Positions 46,617-59,389 of a stretch of 64,000 nt of DNA are shown one piece after another. The translations under genes were made by a program, and so were the position numbers. Origin of the DNA: Octopus vulgaris (lineage: Eukaryota); NCBI GenBank assembly GCA_951406725.2, contig OX597826.1, forward strand, positions 59,024,001 through 59,088,000. The letters run 5' to 3'. The number at the start of each line of letters is the position of its first letter. Position 1 is the first letter of the stretch. Under the pieces are notes generated by a model. The model was not told where the DNA came from. It worked only from the letters and a program-made list of their open reading frames with translations, and ran no database searches.

Positions 46617-46660
46617 CATAATATATATCACACACACATATATATACACATATATACATA

Positions 46661-46701
<41 letters not shown>

Positions 46702-46818
46702 TCTGCGTGGGTTTGTGTAGACTGAGGGTTTACATGCGCATATGCATTCAATGGGGTACACACACGCCCACCCATCCAGACACTGCAGCTCCCACATACT
46801 CATAGATACATTCATGTT

Positions 46819-46864
<46 letters not shown>

Positions 46865-47185
46865 TTTACATGACTTCCACGATATGACATCTGTACGAAA
46901 CTCTAATCCCCAATAAATTACCAAGAAAATCAATCTAGATTATGTTTAATTTAATTACTCATTAATTAAGGATTCGAGTTTGTAGTGGTGGAGCGGGTGT
47001 GGGTTTTCGGGTCAAAGTCGTGGAGGATCGGTTTTCAGACTTTCACTTTCTTCTACATTACAAGTCACAAGGTGGGGATTTTAGCAGCCACCGAGACGAG
47101 CCTGAGGTTTTCAGATTCAAGGGAGGGCGGCCAGAGAAGAGTGGCAATCTCTACTCTGTCGAGTTGAGCTCATTATATGAAATAG

Positions 47186-47555
47186 GTGGAGGCGCAATGG
47201 CCCAGTGGTTAGGGCAGCGGACTCGCGGTTTCGATTCCCAGACCGGGCGTTGTGAGTGTTTATTGAGCGAAAACACCTAAAGCTCCACGAGGCTCCGGCA
47301 GGGGATGGTGGTGATCCCTGCTGTACTCTTTCACCACAACTTTCTCTCACTCTTACTTCCTGTTTCTGTTGTGCCTGTATTTCAAAGGGCCGGCCTTGTC
47401 ACTCTCTGTGTCACGATGAATATCCCCGAGAACTACGTTAAGGGTACACGTATCTGTGGAGTGCTCAGCCACTTACACGTTAATTTCACGAGCAGGCTGT
47501 TCCGTTGATTCGGATCAACCGGAACCCTCGTCGTCGTAACCGACGGAGTGCTTCC
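47186..47555 (+). mobile_element. SINE family A
   Basis: Near-identical to the 12047 copy apart from a short deletion in the head; TSD atatgaaatag. Confidence 0.9.
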
Positions 47556-47577
47556 ATATGAAATAGTATCTCTCGTC

Positions 47578-47765
47578 TTTTCTCTTTTACTTGTTTCATT
47601 CATGAGACTGCGGCGATACTGGGGCACCTCTTTGAAGTATTCGTCTCGTAAAAATATATCTGGTACTTGATCAATCGGTCCCTTTTCCCGAACCGCTATT
47701 TTACGAGAACGTAAGCACATCAAGACCAGAGGCCAAGCAGTGGTGGTGGACAATTACAGACACAA
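47578..47765 (-). mobile_element. SINE family C, 3' part
   Basis: ctcttttacttgtttca...gaaccgcta. Confidence 0.6.
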
Positions 47766-47901
47766 AGAGACGCTCTCACGCACACACAAACACACACATA
47801 CACACAGACACACACACACACACACACGCGAACACACACATGTTAATAAATGCGAAATTCTGTCTGTCCTGGATCCCTGTATCTCAGTCTACATTTATTC
47901 T

Positions 47902-47958
<57 letters not shown>

Positions 47959-48154
47959 CACACACACACACACACATATATATATATTTACACACACACA
48001 CACATATATATTTACTTGTTTCAGTCATTTGACCATGTGGCCATGCGTATGCATACATATGAATGTGTGTGTGTGTGTAATATACAGTAGGTTCGTGCTA
48101 AATTTGACAGTTTGCTTACAAGGAAAAGAAAACGGAATATCCCATCCATATATA

Positions 48155-48327
48155 AGATAGTTCTATATTTAAAAGATGAGGAATTATTTACATTATTTAC
48201 ATTTGACGGATATTTTTCCTCATCTTGTTTGTTGTTAAGACAACGTTTCGGCTGATATACCCTCCAGCCTTTATCAGGTGTCTTGGGGCAATATTGGACC
48301 TGGGTTCTCATTCCTAAGGTACTTTTC
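48155..48327 (-). mobile_element. PLE pseudo-LTR fragment with a minimal hammerhead-like motif (48237-48284)
   Basis: Minus strand gacac CTGATAA a ggctg gagggtatat cagcc GAAA cg tt gtctt; core G8 is mutated. Confidence 0.6.
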
Positions 48328-48404
48328 GAAAGGTAAGAAGGAAGAACAGAAGAAAGGAGAGAGAAATGAACTATCGTAGTTTTGTAAACAACCCATATCT
48401 AAGG

Positions 48405-48582
48405 TACGCTTGACAACCGATACTGGTGTGTTTACGACTCCGTCACTTAGCGGTTCGGCAAAAGAGACCGATAGAATAAGTACTGGGCTTACAAAGAATA
48501 AGTCCCGGGGTCGAGTTGCTCGACTAAAGGCGGTGCTCCAGCATGGCCGCAGTGAAATGACTGAAACAAGAAAAAGAGTACA
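48405..48582 (+). mobile_element. SINE family C, 3' part
   Basis: Reverse complement of 9652-9820. Confidence 0.8.
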
Positions 48583-49346
48583 GGGAGAGAGTAAAACCCT
48601 TATTAACATAGTTTAAATTTCGAATTTTTTATTAAATTTCCTTCAACATCTAATATTTCAAAAGCTAAAATGGATTAAATTATAATCATTGGTTTCTGGT
48701 TCAAGAGTTTTGAACAGATTTTCATGGAATTTAAGATTTCTCGTCCTTGACATTACGCAGAAAGTGGTTGATCCTTTTCGCTTTTATCAAAGTTTACGTA
48801 ACCCTGTTATGAAAAAGTTGCAAGGATTTACTGGTAATCCTAGTCTTGTACTATAATTAATTATATTACTATATTTGCATTTTCATTTACAATGCATGGC
48901 AGAAATCGGCTACAGTTCCCTGCTGGTTCGTGATTATGTTTATCGCCTCCTAAATAGATCCAAATATTGTATGAAGCATAATAAGGAATGTACATAGAAT
49001 AAGTACGCAATACATACACGTTTTGGGTCCCGAACAGTTCTTCTCGACCTCAAATTAATGCTTACGTTGTGCATTCTGGAAGTTTTTGATACCTTGTTAG
49101 GAAAGGCATTTATAGCTGTCCCAGAATATAGTAATTTTAATATATCATTACTATACATATAATGGGTTCACCTGCCAATTTCGTTTTTTCCAGATTGAAG
49201 GAGACGATTGAAACAGCATTTTGAACACATCTTTCTCCATGTTACTTGTTACAGGTGACTAGTTTGCAGATGGCAGACGGACATGAAGACAATTTGGGTG
49301 CTCGCTATGTGTTAAAGTGGGCAAAAACACTACAGATATGCTCCAT

Positions 49347-49656
49347 TTTTTTATGCGCCCTTTCCAAGCCTAGCCAGGCTCATGGGCCCGGTTACTCGGT
49401 TTCTGTGGCGTATGTGTTCTCCCCAGCTGGACAGGACACCAGTCCGTCGCAGCATTACTCAAGAAACAGGAAGAGAGAGTGAGAGAAAGTTGGGGTGAAA
49501 GAGTACAACAGGGTCGCCACTACCCCCTGCCGGAGCCACATGGAGCTTTAGGTGTTTTCGCTCAATAAACACACACAACACCCGGTCTGAGAATCTAAAC
49601 CGCGATCCTCCGACCGCAAGCTCGCTGCCCTAACCACTGAGCCATTGCGGCTCCAC
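49347..49656 (-). mobile_element. SINE with a family A head and an alternative tail
   Basis: 15-bp TSD acagatatgctccat (49332-49346 and 49655-49669); head matches family A. Confidence 0.85.
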
Positions 49657-49739
49657 AGATATGCTCCATACTTACTATAAATTAAATTGTATGAGCCAAA
49701 CATCTGTCTTTCGCCGACGTAAGAGGACTGGTAAAGTAG

Positions 49740-50225
49740 GTCCACTGAGAATCTCATGATAATCCACTTTTTCAATAGCAAGAGTATTGTCTACATACAT
49801 TGGGGTCCCTGCAGGGACACGGTCAACAAAGTGTACTTTGTGGAAGTTTTGAAAGATTCTGGAAGCAATTTAGTTAGGAGAGGCCAGTGTCGTCGATTCG
49901 GTTTCATCTGCACCAGGACAATGCACCGATGGTAACCAACTATTTGACAGTGATGGCCACAGAAACTGTCCCTCTACCATCCATTCAGTCCAGGTCTTGT
50001 TCCCTGTGACTTGATCGTCTCCTATGCTGAAGGAGATGATGAAGGAGACTGTGGTAAGAATCTTGGACATCTTCATTTTGGAGGTATTCTATGGGGCCCT
50101 TTATGAAGGAGCAGTGCACTGAAGTCAGTAAGTCTACAATGAGGGAGATTAAGACTTGTATTTCTTTGAAATGAATAAATGGTTCTCCTGAAAAAACCCA
50201 CAAAATTTCTTGAGAACATCTCGTG
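49740..50225 (+). pseudogene. Decayed mariner transposase
   Basis: ctgcaccaggacaatgcaccg encodes LHQDNAP; ccattcagtccaggtcttgttccctgtgac encodes PFSPGLVPCD, a YSPDLAPxD variant. Confidence 0.65.
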
Positions 50226-50464
50226 TTTTGGTTAAACTATTACTGCACTTCCAGTACCTAATCTAGTCGCTCTGTATGTATTCTCTTTTATCTTGTACTT
50301 ATTTTAATCATTGAACTACGATGCTGGACTATTGTTTTAAGGGTTTTAGTCGAACAAATTGATCCCAGTATTTATTTTAAGACTTATCCTATCATCTCTT
50401 TTGTCGAAGACGTAAAGAAAGGCACATCGGTTGTGAAGTGGCGGTGGGCAACAAACAAAAGACG

Positions 50465-50862
50465 TCACTCTCTGAGGTTTGTGCTCATACAACGTTGCAC
50501 CTCTCTCTAGCCTCCACTTCTCGCAGAGTTTCCAATGTAGCACTTTCGCTATTTGATCGTGTCACTACTACTTTTAGTAGTTTTGGGCAAGTCTAGACTA
50601 TTCATTCGTGATATGGGCATTGGTTTCATCCACTCTATTGCCGATGCGGCACAGCGTAGACACGTGCTTATTCCGATGGTTGACCTTCCAGATCGTGGCC
50701 AAAGCTTGGTCTTGCCCTGCCAGTATAGTGTTCTCGGTCTCTTTTTCTAGTGTTCCTTTCATCAGCCAACCCCACCTATTTTTTCCAGCAACGTCTGTTT
50801 GGGTGCATGGAATTGATTGTGTCTGTCTTTGTATTTTCCCCCTCATTCTTCGCCCTGGTGGC
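50465..50862 (-). mobile_element. R4/Dong-like non-LTR fragment (post-RT, CCHC region)
   Basis: WGWLMKGTLEKETENTILAGQDQALAT...CRIGNRVDETNAHITNE...RHDQIAKVLHWKLCEKW...YEHKP; adjacent to a (CAT)n/(TAT)n tract. Confidence 0.75.
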
Positions 50863-50897
50863 AAATAAAAGAAATCACCACAACCACCAACAACAAC

Positions 50898-50944
<47 letters not shown>

Positions 50945-50958
50945 TATCATCATTATTA

Positions 50959-51013
<55 letters not shown>

Positions 51014-51614
51014 TATTATTATTATTATTATTTCATTATATAAAATGTCTGCGAAAAAACTCAATTTAGTGAGAATATGCAATAATATCCTACTTGACAT
51101 GATACAACGAAGTGAAATGGGCAGTACAATGTATCTCATTAACGTATCGAAGCAAGCTCGCGTACGGCGCTTCTACTAGCTTTGGATATGGAAAGCAATC
51201 ACAGACGTAATCGAAATATTTACCCTGACGAAACAGTTTTATGAAAATCTCTTAACTACATGCATTAAAATGGAGAAATGAACATTTGCATAACGTGAAA
51301 TTCCGTTGCAGTTTAGATATATACAAATGGAGGATATTTGAAGCATCCTTAAAGAATATTATAAGAATAACGATTGCTACATTTCCAAACATTTAAAATC
51401 TGCACCCATCACAAGAGTAATCATTAAATAATATCTACCTGTAAACAGAAGATCTTCATCGCTTACTTTTCTCCCTCTCTCTCAATATATATATGTGTAT
51501 ATATATATATTGATAGAAATGGTAAGACAACAAAAGATTGAAAGAGACCTCGATATTATGTAAATAGGGGAATTTATCTGTAAATATAATATGTCACAAT
51601 TATTCGGTAGCCAT

Positions 51615-51675
51615 GATAAAACTCCGAGTTTCGGATGTCGGGGCGGAAACACACGCCGCCATCTGTTCAGTTATC
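51615..51675 (-). ncRNA. Hammerhead-like motif with a mutated core
   Basis: Minus strand gataa CTGAACA gatg...catcc GAAA ctc g gag TT ttatc: stems I and III pair; G8 is replaced by C. Confidence 0.55.
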
Positions 51676-52445
51676 GGGCCATCGAAATAAATGCTATAAA
51701 AATGACCGTTAAACAAAGGGAATTACTGTGTGATTGACCGTTATTAAGACAAAAGAACTATTAGAATGACCGCTAAGTGAGGGGAGCGAGTAATGGTAAG
51801 GGAGTAAAAATGTTCATAGTATTCACGTAAGCGCACATGTGCATACATATACATGCGCGCCTGCACACCCACGTATATGTGGCGGGGTCTAGAAAAGCAG
51901 CTTACACCCCGCCACATGTCTAAATTCAAGAACTGAACTTCTCGGATCATGTTCATATGTAGCTAAATATTTCTTACGTTTTTGGTCACCCGAGATTACA
52001 GATAGGACTTGTTTTCTATACTGTGTCCACGTACAAGCTTTATTTCTCTCTAAACTTTTTAATTATATTTCTTATATATTTTTAATATATTTTTATATAT
52101 TATTATATATTTTTTACATATTTACAGAGATATAGTTTTATTGGTTTATTGCTCATGTATTTTTTACACATATTTTTTCTGTATTCTAACTTCCACCCTG
52201 CATTTTTCCTGTGCGTATGTAAACGTGTATATAGTATCTTTTGTGCGCGCGCGTGGTTGTGTGCGTGTGTGCGAGTATGTACGTATATAGACGTGTGTGT
52301 GTGTGTGTGCGTACGTGCGAGTGTGTGCTTATATAGACGTGTTTTACTCTTATTGCTTATTTTTTTTACACTTTTTTAATACGTTTCTGTATTTTGCCTT
52401 TAGCCCTGTTTTTTCTTGTGCTTGTACGTGTGTATGAAACATTTT

Positions 52446-52491
<46 letters not shown>

Positions 52492-52559
52492 CGTGTATGT
52501 GGTTATGTATATATTTTTTGGCTAATGTGTAGGTGAGCATGTGTGTGTTTCAAGTGTTT

Positions 52560-52693
52560 AAAGGCTATAGTAGATAACACTTGCCCACGGTACCACGCCG
52601 TGGGACTGAACCCAGAACCATGTGGTTGGTAAGCAAGCTACTTACTACACAGCCACTCCTACGCCAACTTGCCATACAGCCACTCCTTCGCCT
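52560..52693 (-). mobile_element. SINE family C head
   Basis: gggactgaacccagaaccatgtggttggtaagcaagctacttac. Confidence 0.75.
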
Positions 52694-52833
52694 AATAATA
52701 ATAATAATGTTTCTAATTTTTGTTCAAAACCTGGAATTGTTGGGATGAGGGGGCAATCGATTATATCGACTCCAGGGTTCAACGAGTACATCTTTTATTG
52801 ACCACAAAAAGATGAAAGGCAGAACATGATGAG

Positions 52834-53526
52834 CCGGAGGAAATGAAGGTAACCTTTTTAATCCGAAGCCCCAATGATACAGCCAGCTTAATAATGATGA
52901 TAATAACCATTTCTATTCTTGACACAAGGACTGAAGATTTTAGTGGAAGGGCTTAATCGATTACTACGACTCCGGAGGAAATGAAGCTAACCTTTTTAAT
53001 CAGTAGCCCCAATGATACACCCAGCTTAATAATGATGATAATAACCATTTCTATTCTTGACACAAGGACTGAAGATTTTAGTGGAAGGGCTTAATCGATT
53101 ACTACGACTCCGGAGGAAATGAAGCTAACCTTTTTAATCAGTAGCCCCAATGATACAGCCAGCTTAATAATGATGATAATAACCATTTCTATTCTTGACA
53201 CAAGGACTGAAGATTTTAGTGGAAGGGCTTAATCGATTACTACGACTCCGGAGGAAATGAAGCTAACCTTTTTAATCAGTAGCCCCAATGATACAGCCAG
53301 CTTAATAATGACGATAATAACCATTTCTATTCTTGACACAAGGACTGAAGATTTTAGTGGAAGGGCTTAATCGATTACTACGACTCCGGATGAAATGAAG
53401 CTAACCTTTTTAATCAGTAGCCCCAATGATACAGCCAGCTTAATAATGACGATAATAACCATTTCTATTCTTGACACAAGGACTGAAGATTTTAGTGGAA
53501 GGGCTTAATCGATTACTACGACTCCG
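52834..53526. repeat. Tandem array, 5 x 138 bp
   Basis: Unit starts at 52834, 52972, 53110, 53248 and 53386; near-identical units built from decayed family B SINE ends. Confidence 0.95.
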
Positions 53527-54390
<864 letters not shown>

Positions 54391-54400
54391 TTTCATCTAT

Positions 54401-54492
<92 letters not shown>

Positions 54493-54949
54493 GGGACAAT
54501 CCACTAACAAGAAATACTAGAAGAAACTAACCTAGGGTTAGGAATAATTTTTTCTCCCCAGCAACTAGAAGCGTTAAAGGGACTTCCTCTACCCCTGAAC
54601 GAAGAAACTCAACCTACGAATTCTCAACCTAATTGCCCAGATAACATAACCAACTTCTCAACATGCCAAATTTAATTAAGCATGCCCAAGATTTGGGGAT
54701 GCTTAGCAAGAGGAGCCCAGCAAGTCTACCAGGTAGAAGGAAGAGCATTGTAGAAGATGAAAGAGAGTACACTTAAGATAGAAAAAAAACGTACTTCCTT
54801 TGTCTTAATTTTGAAAAATCTAAGAAGTACAAAAAATCCGCATTATTAATGGGTTGACGCAATATATATAAATACAAATAAATAAATGAATATGCATAGC
54901 TACATAGATACATACATACATACATACATATATATATATATATATTATA

Positions 54950-55249
54950 TGTCCTGTTATTATTTTTGTTATATTTGTGTGACATTGTCCGTTTTTTCCG
55001 TCCTTGTTTTTGTATACATTCGCTGCTTCCGAGAAATTTAATGCTGTTAGCTTAGCTTTTCCTTGGGCCTGGCCAGATTAGAGCAATCTCAAGAATAATC
55101 AACCGAAATTGCGAGGATAATCAGGTGCTTGACTGAGGAAAGAAAACTTCGAATGACCCGACCTTGTTTTCTTTGTATCGTCTATCTGGATGTTTTGTTG
55201 TTCCTTTTTGTATCACCTATTGTCTGGAGTTTTGCGTTCTTGTCCCATT

Positions 55250-55258
<9 letters not shown>
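54950..55258 (+). mobile_element. Family X repeat copy
   Basis: Colinear with 2860-3190; (TA)n on both sides. Confidence 0.7.
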
Positions 55259-55313
<55 letters not shown>

Positions 55314-55364
55314 ATGTATGTGTGTGTGTGTGTGTGTAGATAGCTAGATTGATTGATAGATAAA

Positions 55365-56267
55365 TTTATATAAATAAGGATGTTTTTTTAAATACCGATC
55401 AAATCAAGTAGCTAGCATGGGAATAAAAACCTCATATGTAATGATTATTATTAAAATTATAATTTTGAGTATCTCAGAGATAACATCATGCTAGAGATAG
55501 TCAAAACTTGACTCTAAACCCACATCAAATATTCATAGAGCACCAGGATAGAAGACAACGATACAAAATAAACTAGCAAAAAATTATTGGATAATTCCAA
55601 AAATTTTAATTGCTAGTTCATTTTATTTCTTTGTCTTCTCTCTTGGTGTTGTATGAATATTTGATGTGGTTTTAGAGTCAACTTTTGACTGCTATCTCTA
55701 GCATGATAGTATCTCTTAGACTCCCTGAGTTATAATTTTATATAGATAGATATCTGTAGACTCAAACATACATATGTAGAAAATGAATTCAGTCTCATGA
55801 AATTGTGGCACTAGTGGATTTCCAAAGCAATTTTAAGATATCTGTGAGTACAAGACACGGTCCTGAACGCAACGAGGGAGAGGTAACGCACATCTGCAAA
55901 TAGCATCTATTTACAAATAGCATCCATGTTGAAATGTTGAAGCACACAACACGTTGCCCTTTGCGAAAGTCGAACCTAACATCTGTCTTTCTTAATCCCA
56001 AATTCCTAAACCGTTTTTTACACATTCATACATACACAAACACGCACGAACGAACAAGCAAACGCACATATACTATCTCTCTCTCTCGTTCACAAACACA
56101 TACATACACATATATATATACACATATATATATACATACTACATATGGCTGTATATAAATGTCAGATATAATTATAATTTTAATGATAATTATTACCTTT
56201 GAGGTTTTTATTCCCATGCTAGCCACTTGATATGATCAGTATTTTTATTAACGATCTTATATATAAA
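55365..56267. mobile_element. Fold-back element whose right arm is interrupted by about 430 bp
   Basis: 55455-55590 pairs with 55595-55740; 55365-55465 pairs with 56170-56267. Confidence 0.75.
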
Positions 56268-56379
56268 GTTATATATGTATATATATACATATGCCTGTAT
56301 AAAAATGTCATATATATACACCACTACACACTCAATAACACTATAAAAATGGTCAAATTTTTTCACAAGAACTTAGTTC

Positions 56380-56547
56380 TATTTGAAAACCCCACTAGAA
56401 TGGACGGAAGCGCTAATGTATGATATATGATATATGATGAATAAAAACATGTAATATACAAATAAATATCTGTAAATATAAAACCATCCGAATTTCTGAG
56501 TACCTCATTTCTTCTAATATAAAATACCTGTACATCATCTCCGAACC

Positions 56548-56552
<5 letters not shown>
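56380..56552 (+). mobile_element. Single-arm homologue of the 23887 palindromic element
   Basis: tttgaaaacc(c)cactagaatgg...atacctgtacatcatctccgaacct followed by (TA)n; same 3' end as 24161. Confidence 0.8.
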
Positions 56553-56585
<33 letters not shown>

Positions 56586-57201
56586 TATGCCTGTATATAA
56601 ATGTCAGACCACTCTTTGTTTTATTGGTAAAATATAACTCAGTACAACCTGTTGCATGGTCAGATCAGCAGCGATTAAACTGGAAATATTTCCAAGATAG
56701 CTCGTTACATAGGATTGTTTCCATGGAAAGTCTGGAGGGCGAAAAGCAAAAACCATAGATCAGGTGATCTGAAAAGTGTTAGTGTCCATACAGCAGCTGA
56801 GAGTCTGAGAAACCACGCTTTTACTTAGACATTCATTTATCAGAAAGGAAAATTGTGGTGACAGACTTACGAAAACGTTTGTATTCAATAGCCTTCGACT
56901 CATTCTTCTGTTTGAGCAAATACATACGTTGTGCAGTGTGGGGGTGGTATTGCCAAAGGCATTTCCACATCTTATAAAGCTTCAGGTACAGGTAATGCTT
57001 GGCTAACACTTCTATTGTGTGTTGTATTATATGTCCTACCGCGAGCATAAAAGGGAAAGATTTTCAAGGAAAATTTCTTCCTTGGAAAGAAGGCCAGTGT
57101 CATCATTGGAGGTAAGTTCCCTGAAGACGTAATGCGAGAAGCGCCCCTTTATGCCACATCATCGCTGCTCTAAGAAGAAGCATTTTTCGAAATCTTAACT
57201 C

Positions 57202-58473
57202 GTGTGTGTTTGTGTGTGTGTGTGTGTGTGTGCGTGTGTGTATGCATATGTGTATGCTTGTGTGTCGGTATGGTGGGACAGAAGGCTTAAAGAACGCCTA
57301 ACACAGAACTCCATACTCGTAAACATGTACTCTCGCTATGTTGATGATATCAACATAGTAGTAAAGGCACCCCCACAAGAGAGTACTGTTGATATAGTAA
57401 TAGAAACTAATAATATGGAGGGCATCCAGCAAATAGCTAACTCCATCTACCAGAGTATTAAGGTCACAATAGACTACCCAACTAAACACCCCAACCATAG
57501 ACTACCAGTACTAGACACAGAACTCTGGCTAGAAACTGTGAATAATAAAACCCAAATCCTTCATTCGTACTATGCCAAACCTATGGCCTCAAAATACTTG
57601 ATCCACCGGAACTCAGCCATTGCGGACAATGCTAAATTCAATATTTTGATGGCAGACCTCGTCAGAATAATGAGAAACGTGTCACGCATGTGCGAGCCTA
57701 CAGAGTTAAAGAGACACATACAATATTTCATTCACCGCATGCAGTTCTCAGGTTACAGACATAAAGAAAGGATCAGGGTATACAAAGGAGCCATGAAGAA
57801 ATTTGAAAATATATTAGATAATGATAGGAATGGGATTTGCCCACTCTATAGGATCAAGTCAGAGAACACTATAGAAAGGACAAAAAAGAAAATAGGGAAA
57901 GCCAACTCTTGGTATGATAGCCATAAATACCAGAGTGTCATGTCCGTTGACACCACCCCTGGAGGTGAACTGGCGTACCGCTTTAGAAGGACCCTAGACA
58001 AACTTAAGCTAAGGATTAAGGTTGTTGAAAAGCCAGGCAACGCTATCAAATCTATAATCGGTAGAAGCTACCCTTTTAGTAGAACCCCCTGTACGGATAA
58101 GTACTGTACTGTATGTAGATTTAGCCCACAAACAAACTGTAAAGCCAGAAATGTTATCTATTGTATAAGATGTATAGAAGGACGATGCAGTAACAAGACA
58201 ACGACATACGTAGGGGAAACGGCAAGAAGCATAGGAGAGCGGGTAAATGATCATTGGAGAGGACTTAAAGAAGGTAAAAGCTCATCGATTCTGTACCAAC
58301 ACGCCGAACAGGAACACGGGGGATCAATCAACAACATAGAAATTAAAATATTGTTCACACATAGAACAGATGCAACAATCAGACAAATTACAGAAGCTAC
58401 ACACATAATAGAAGATAAACCTAGCCTGAATAGGAAACTGGAATGGAACACTAGCACACACCACAACATATGA
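57202..58473 (+). CDS. Penelope-like retroelement ORF (RT C-terminal half plus GIY-YIG endonuclease), 5'-truncated, Naiad-like
   Basis: RYVDDI RT catalytic motif, LPVLD, YYAKPMAS, TPGGELA, CxxxxCxxC knuckle, VIYCIRC..C..YVGETARS..R..DH GIY-YIG motif, terminal LNRKLEW. The first ~20 codons are (GT)n; element sequence starts at about 57265. Confidence 0.9.
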   Translation: MCVCVCVCVCACVYAYVYACVSVWWDRRLKERLTQNSILVNMYSRYVDDINIVVKAPPQESTVDIVIETNNMEGIQQIANSIYQSIKVTIDYPTKHPNHRLPVLDTELWLETVNNKTQILHSYYAKPMASKYLIHRNSAIADNAKFNILMADLVRIMRNVSRMCEPTELKRHIQYFIHRMQFSGYRHKERIRVYKGAMKKFENILDNDRNGICPLYRIKSENTIERTKKKIGKANSWYDSHKYQSVMSVDTTPGGELAYRFRRTLDKLKLRIKVVEKPGNAIKSIIGRSYPFSRTPCTDKYCTVCRFSPQTNCKARNVIYCIRCIEGRCSNKTTTYVGETARSIGERVNDHWRGLKEGKSSSILYQHAEQEHGGSINNIEIKILFTHRTDATIRQITEATHIIEDKPSLNRKLEWNTSTHHNI

Positions 58474-58606
58474 CGGTAGTGGATCCCCATAAACTGGTTA
58501 CAATATAAACAAAACCGAAAACATAATAAATAAAATACACAGATAAATAAACAAATAGAAATAAATAACTATATAAGTTTTTTTTTAATTTAAAAGTTTA
58601 TTTATT

Positions 58607-58662
<56 letters not shown>

Positions 58663-59362
58663 TAGTAATGTTGTTATACATGCATACATACAAGCATACG
58701 TAATGATAATGATATGTGGATGTAAACACATGAACAAAATAAGAATAAACAAAAACAATAACAACAAAAACAAATTACATGAACGTATATAAATAAACAG
58801 AAGATACAAATATTACAGGCATCCCCCCACACACACTAAATAAACATAGACGCACATAGAGATATAAGCATGCGCAAATGAAGACATACAATAGAAATAC
58901 AAAATGGCTGGCGGTTAGTAAAGAGAGACACAAATAAGAAAGGAGAAAACAAAGGACCACTTATGCGGTCACAGGAGTGTGACGAAAGAACTCTGGGCGA
59001 AATAAGATTAAGATTAATGTAAAAAATAAATAACACTGAAGCAAAATAACACCAAATATATAGTGCGTGTGTTTTTATTGGCTAAACTGGCAAAATGACC
59101 ATTCCGAAATATAACAATATCTGTTTCAACACACGACTTCACATAAAAAATCTTGCACAACAAATATATAAACGTATATATATGTTATCTATAGTATAAG
59201 ATGTATAGAAGGACGATGCAGTAACCAGACAACGACATACGTAGGGGAAACGGCAAGAAGTATAGGAGAGCGGGTAAATGACATTGGAGAGGACTTAAGG
59301 AAGGTAAAAGCTCATCGATTCTGTACCAACACACCGAACAGGAACACGGGGGATCAATCAAT
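57265..59362 (+). mobile_element. PLE insertion including the 3' pseudo-LTR region and a partial tandem duplicate
   Basis: ORF, then an AT-rich 3' region, then 59180-59362 duplicating 58151-58332. Confidence 0.75.
58957..58996 (+). ncRNA. Variant minimal hammerhead in the PLE 3' region
   Basis: cca CTTATGC g gtcac aggagt gtgac GAAA g aa c TC tgg; two deviations from CUGANGA. Confidence 0.5.
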
Positions 59363-59389
59363 AATCAAGTAAGTATATATACATCTGTA

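Noticed and set aside
52834-53526. CRISPR-like array
   Set aside because: Units are fully repeated with no unique spacers, there are no cas genes, and the context is eukaryotic.
57040-57117. Consensus splice donor GAG|GTAAGT upstream of the PLE
   Set aside because: No supported upstream exon or frame; such a motif is expected by chance in 64 kb.
58471-58620. Selenocysteine read-through or SECIS at the end of the PLE ORF
   Set aside because: The TGA is followed two codons later by TAG, and no SECIS-like stem with a GA quartet is visible.
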